64,000 bases of DNA, taken from positions 20,088,001-20,152,000 of the forward strand of contig OZ038379.1 of NCBI GenBank assembly GCA_964036045.1, read 5' to 3'. How positions within the stretch are numbered: the first letter of the stretch is position 1; the number at the start of each line of letters is the position of its first letter. The stretch is from Eutreptiella sp. 'Long Island Sound 2002'. Its lineage: Eukaryota; Protista; Euglenida. The notes beneath the pieces were generated by a model. That model made no database searches, was not told the origin of the DNA, and was given only the letters and a program-made list of their open reading frames with translations. This document shows positions 59,701 through 64,000 of the stretch, piece after piece. A program made the translations under genes and the position numbers.

Positions 59701-62329
59701 GGCTAGGTGGTCGCAACCGGGGCCTTTGGTTTTTAAACTATGGCCGGGGCCTTTGGTTGCTTCAAGGGTGGGGGTGGGTGAAACACTAGTTGCAAGTTTT
59801 GTTTGTGTCTACATGCTCAGTGGTTTTCTGTGCTTGTTTCCGTGTGACCACCATGGACAGTCAACCTCCACCCCTTCCCCAACCACCAGCTAGAAACTTG
59901 GGACAGCCCGCCATGCTTTCCCTGAAGAGAAGATGGAGAAACCGGCATGCTTTCTTTGTTGTGCCATTTCACTACACAAGATATGCTGTCCGATATGGAT
60001 GGATCGATGGAGTCTGAGTAGAAATTACAGAGCTCCAGAGCCCGGAAGATGTCCATTGCCGTGTGCATGAGTGCATAGTCAACGTCACACCCACCGGATC
60101 CGTTGCAATGGTGGTAGGACCTGGGAGGGAGGCTTCGGGACCACGGTCTTTTGGCGCATGCTCTCTGTGCGTGGTTTTTTGGTCTTTTGTTACCTCCGCA
60201 ATCCATAGGCGTGCACGTCTTTTGCCGTCACGCATCTGAGCATAGCGATCCACAAAGAAATAAATTTCGCAACTTTTTGTCTAATTTATTTTGAATTTCG
60301 TCGTAAAATACCTGAGATCTTCTCTCTTCTTTGCTAGCACAAAAACAGGCGCGACCCCGATCCCGTAATCTCTGCGCGGCCCCGGTTGGCACCCATTTCA
60401 GTCAGATTTTGCATATTGAACCACAAACATTTAAAAACTTCACGATTTGACCTAAAACATTACCAATTTACAGCTGCCAGCTTTAATTGCGGCTCGTACT
60501 TTTAGTAGCATTGATTTGGTACAGTAATTGGCTACTTTACCTTATGAGCATATTTGGCTTACTATTCAGATTCTCTTGTATCTTCAGGACACAATCAGGA
60601 AAGGAAGAGAAGCACAGGCCCTACATTGTAGGGGACTACCTCAGTAGACACACACTCAGCCAATCGGCAAAGCCATATGCACACGCAAACCTCATCCTGC
60701 TCTTCATCACGGAGAATGACATTTTTCTGCAGTACATCATATGCACCGATATGTTTTACCACATCCCTCTCTACTACTTAAATCTAGCTAATAATAAGCA
60801 ACAAGCAGGGAAGCAACACTTCTCTTGATTTACATACAATTTTGCAATGTCTGTAATGTTCGCAAGCACTATGAACAGCACTCTACAATCAACATGGTGC
60901 GGCGGGGTGAGCGTAGACAGCGCATAAATACAACAGAGGGTTGGAGCACAGGATCTTGGGACGCATACTGAAGCGGTATGGGGTGCTTCACCCATACCCG
61001 CTGCCCAGCCAGTGGCGCTCTTTTCATCAGGATTTTTCCTGGGCTGATTCTCAGCCTATGACATCGTGATTTCTGTGGAAAATACCCCAGAAATCGTCAT
61101 GTTTCGTCATTTTGGGCTGGCGCCGACCTTCGTCGCCTACGCGTCGCAGCCCCAGATCGAAGTTTTATTTCTCGATTTCTGAAGATTATAATCAATTTTA
61201 TTATTGATTTATCAGTTTTAGAAATATAGGAATAAGCCGTGACCATTTTCGCGGCGTTCCGCGAGGGTCAATTTTTGACGAAATTGGTCACGTAAAAGAT
61301 TTTTCCAGAAAATCCTGAGGCGATCCCAGGAATCAGCCAGGCGCCCAAGGCGTGGCCCAACAGTGGCCCTCTTCATATATAATATGAATTGGGGAAGAGA
61401 CGCCTCGTGTTGGCTACACGACGCGTTGGGGGGAAACCCGGGAAATGAGTGTTTTTGACTCAAAAATAACTATATTTCACTGTTTTTCGCCCAAAAACCA
61501 CTGTTTGGCCCAGTTGGGGCAGGATCTCAGTGGAGATCCTGATGGCGACGACTCGTAGCCGTCAGTTTTTCTGATGGCGGCGACGCCGCCACCATCGTTT
61601 CGTCCTTTTTTCTAAGCTATTTTATAGTTTAGAGATGATACATATACTTGTTACGTGTGCATACATTGTTACTTGTTTCATATACCTTCTCTTTGTCCAT
61701 AGACGCCAGATTGTGTCCGCGGATGCTCCCTGTGGGGTGAGCAAGGATTCCAAGACCATTTACGCAACTCAATGGAATCGAAGTTTGGAATAGACTTCAT
61801 GTAGTACTTGGAGAGGTTGGGGTGATGGGTTGAAGGATTTTCAATTTTCTGTGGACGTGCGGACGTCACCCCCGCCGAAAATGCTTCAATGTCTGGCTCT
61901 AAGAGTCATACATTTGTACCCTCCCAGAGTGCTCAGTTTCGGTTCCGTTCACACGCACCCAGCACATGAGCAGCCGTTATCCCCGCCTTTTTCCATGTAC
62001 CTCCCCCCCCCAAGGAAATGATAGTGTAGGAGTGCTAGATTTTCACTCGCTTGTCCCTCAACAAATTGGCAATAGCAAGTTGGTGTTTCCCAGCACATTG
62101 CGTATCATGTTTTATTTTGTGGTTCTTAGATGGAGCTGAGGTACTCCGAGATGGCCTTTACGTCTTGTCAATTTTCTTAGAGATGCTTTGCAGGAGCAGG
62201 GGGGCTGCTTTCTATATAGGCCTCTGTGTTACCAGTGGGTGATCACAGGTACTATAAGTCTTTTGGGAATTGAACATTTTGTTTGCCTTTTGTCTAGGGG
62301 TTGGGAGGTGCGGAGGCGGACGCTCCTTG

Positions 62330-63780
62330 ATGAAATGTTTAATGGTTGTCATGGGGGGCTTGTGCCTGCTCACCAAAGCCTCTTTCAGTTGAGCAGTGCG
62401 AAGACCAGGAGACTTCGGGGGGACATGTTGACAAAGCAATTCACTGGCTGACAATAGAAGTAGCGTTCGAGCAACACTACGGAGCCCTACTACCGTCCGT
62501 ACCCCGTCCAACCACGAGAGAGCATGAGGACCAAACGTGAGACCCCAAGACATTGCTGCGCGCTCACGAAAGGATCGCATGGTATAGCTAAAGGCCAAGC
62601 AAGAAACGGCGTCCATAGGGTGTCCCTAAGGCCATGCAAAGGCGATTACACCCTAAGCATGACCATACAAGGATAGAGAAACGTCGTAGTTCTGACTCCG
62701 CCGAACATGCATCTTCTTGGTTTTCTTCGTCCAGGATCCAGTGCGCCTTTGGGATGAAAAAAATGAATGGCAAATCAGCCTGATGCAACCTACGCAATAA
62801 GAAATGCCATCTTTGCCCGATGAAGCAAAGCGTTCATGAAACACCTTTGCTCGATTCTACGTATGTAGTAGTAGCCATTCGTGTAAAGACGCTGAATCGA
62901 GCTCAGCAACTCCTCGGCGAGATCATAAGCCCGAAGTGACGTCAACGAATCCTTGACAACAACATTATCAAACGTCTTCTTCCAATCGACGTACAAATCG
63001 CGCGCCCCCTCGCTCCCGGGTCTCTAGCTGGACACCACATCATTGATGTGCCCGCACCTATGTCACTAGCGGCGCCTGAATTGGGTATGGTTGATGAGCC
63101 CATGTGTCCAACTATACATGTCCACCGTTTGGAGCAGTAAAGAGGCCGGCAGTTTCACTATGGATGGTATCAAACAAATAGGTCTATAATTTTCGGAAGA
63201 ATGTCTCTCATCTTTTTTTGTATAAGAGGCACACTACCGGAGACGACCAGTGTTCCGGAGCTCGGGCACTCAACACCATGTTATCTGCGTCTAAGACTTG
63301 CCTACGGATACTGTCCAGGCAAACGTTCAGAACGTCAATATTCAAATGTCGTTCCACTGTGCTCCCCACGGGACACGCTGCCATGACTTTGGAGTCAAGC
63401 TGTTCCATGGTGGCCGTCCCAAGTTTGTCTTTGCGCAATTCGGTGGCGCATTTAGGAATACATTGGAAACAGTCTTCTAGCACCTAGTCTTTCTTCTGAA
63501 AACCCGGGTCTCCCCCAAGGATGGATGTTGTTTGTGTAAACATTTGTCGCAACTTTTCCCAATCGTGCTCTAAAGATGGCATTTTCTCCTCCCCATCCGA
63601 TAGGGAGAGTACTTCTTTTGCGGAGGGGTCTTTTGCGGTTTCTACCATGCACTTTGTGCAAGCTCCTCGTACGAGAGCACGGTGGAGTCGTTTCTTTTGA
63701 TGGTTGGCAATGAACAATTTCCATTGCAGGAAGAAGAAGTCACTAACTAGGTCTTTTGTGAGGTACTTGAGCCACGCCAA
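62330..63780 (-). pseudogene. LINE-type reverse transcriptase relic
   Basis: Ordered minus-strand motifs: EHWSSPVVCLLYKK, ENYRPICLI, YVDWKKTFDNV and HGLR-(frameshift)-GHP. Multiple stops and frameshifts. Confidence 0.8.
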
Positions 63781-64000
63781 GTGTCCCCTATTCTTTGTTA
63801 AGTAGTTTCAACTAACGCTTCAAATGTTTTTCATTCTTTTTAGAGCCTTAAGCACACATGTCAAAGTCAGTAGGGTGGCCCATTGATGCTTGTGGGGTGC
63901 CATGCCAGCAAATAGAGCAAGAGCACACATAGGAGACTGAACTCTCTTGTCTAGATCCCCTGCTCTGCTACCTCTTTGCTCTATGTGGATCATGTACAAC

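Overview
Eukaryotic nuclear DNA, very probably from a photosynthetic euglenid. This is inferred from a class I bipartite plastid presequence and from polypyrimidine-AG sites just upstream of start codons; the species cannot be determined here. Most of the window is decayed mobile DNA: non-LTR retrotransposon relics (RT, RNase H, CCHC), PIF/Harbinger-ISL2EU-like DDE transposase relics, TA-flanked MITEs, tRNA-derived SINE-like heads and satellites. Five host genes can be supported. (1) A 3-exon gene (4578-8612, +) encodes a plastid-targeted membrane protein whose frame passes through an in-frame TGA at 8439-8441 and is followed by a well-formed SECIS-like hairpin at 8680-8745. This candidate plastid selenoprotein is the main finding. 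(2) A probable 3-exon gene (14719-16940) has a mitochondrial-type presequence and a ferritin-like helix pair. (3) An uninterrupted F-box + TPR ORF lies at 24490-25950. (4) A PARP-family mono-ADP-ribosyltransferase domain lies at 44078-44887. (5) An SLC25 mitochondrial carrier lies at 48989-49936. All family calls come from motif recognition by eye; no database search or folding program was run.
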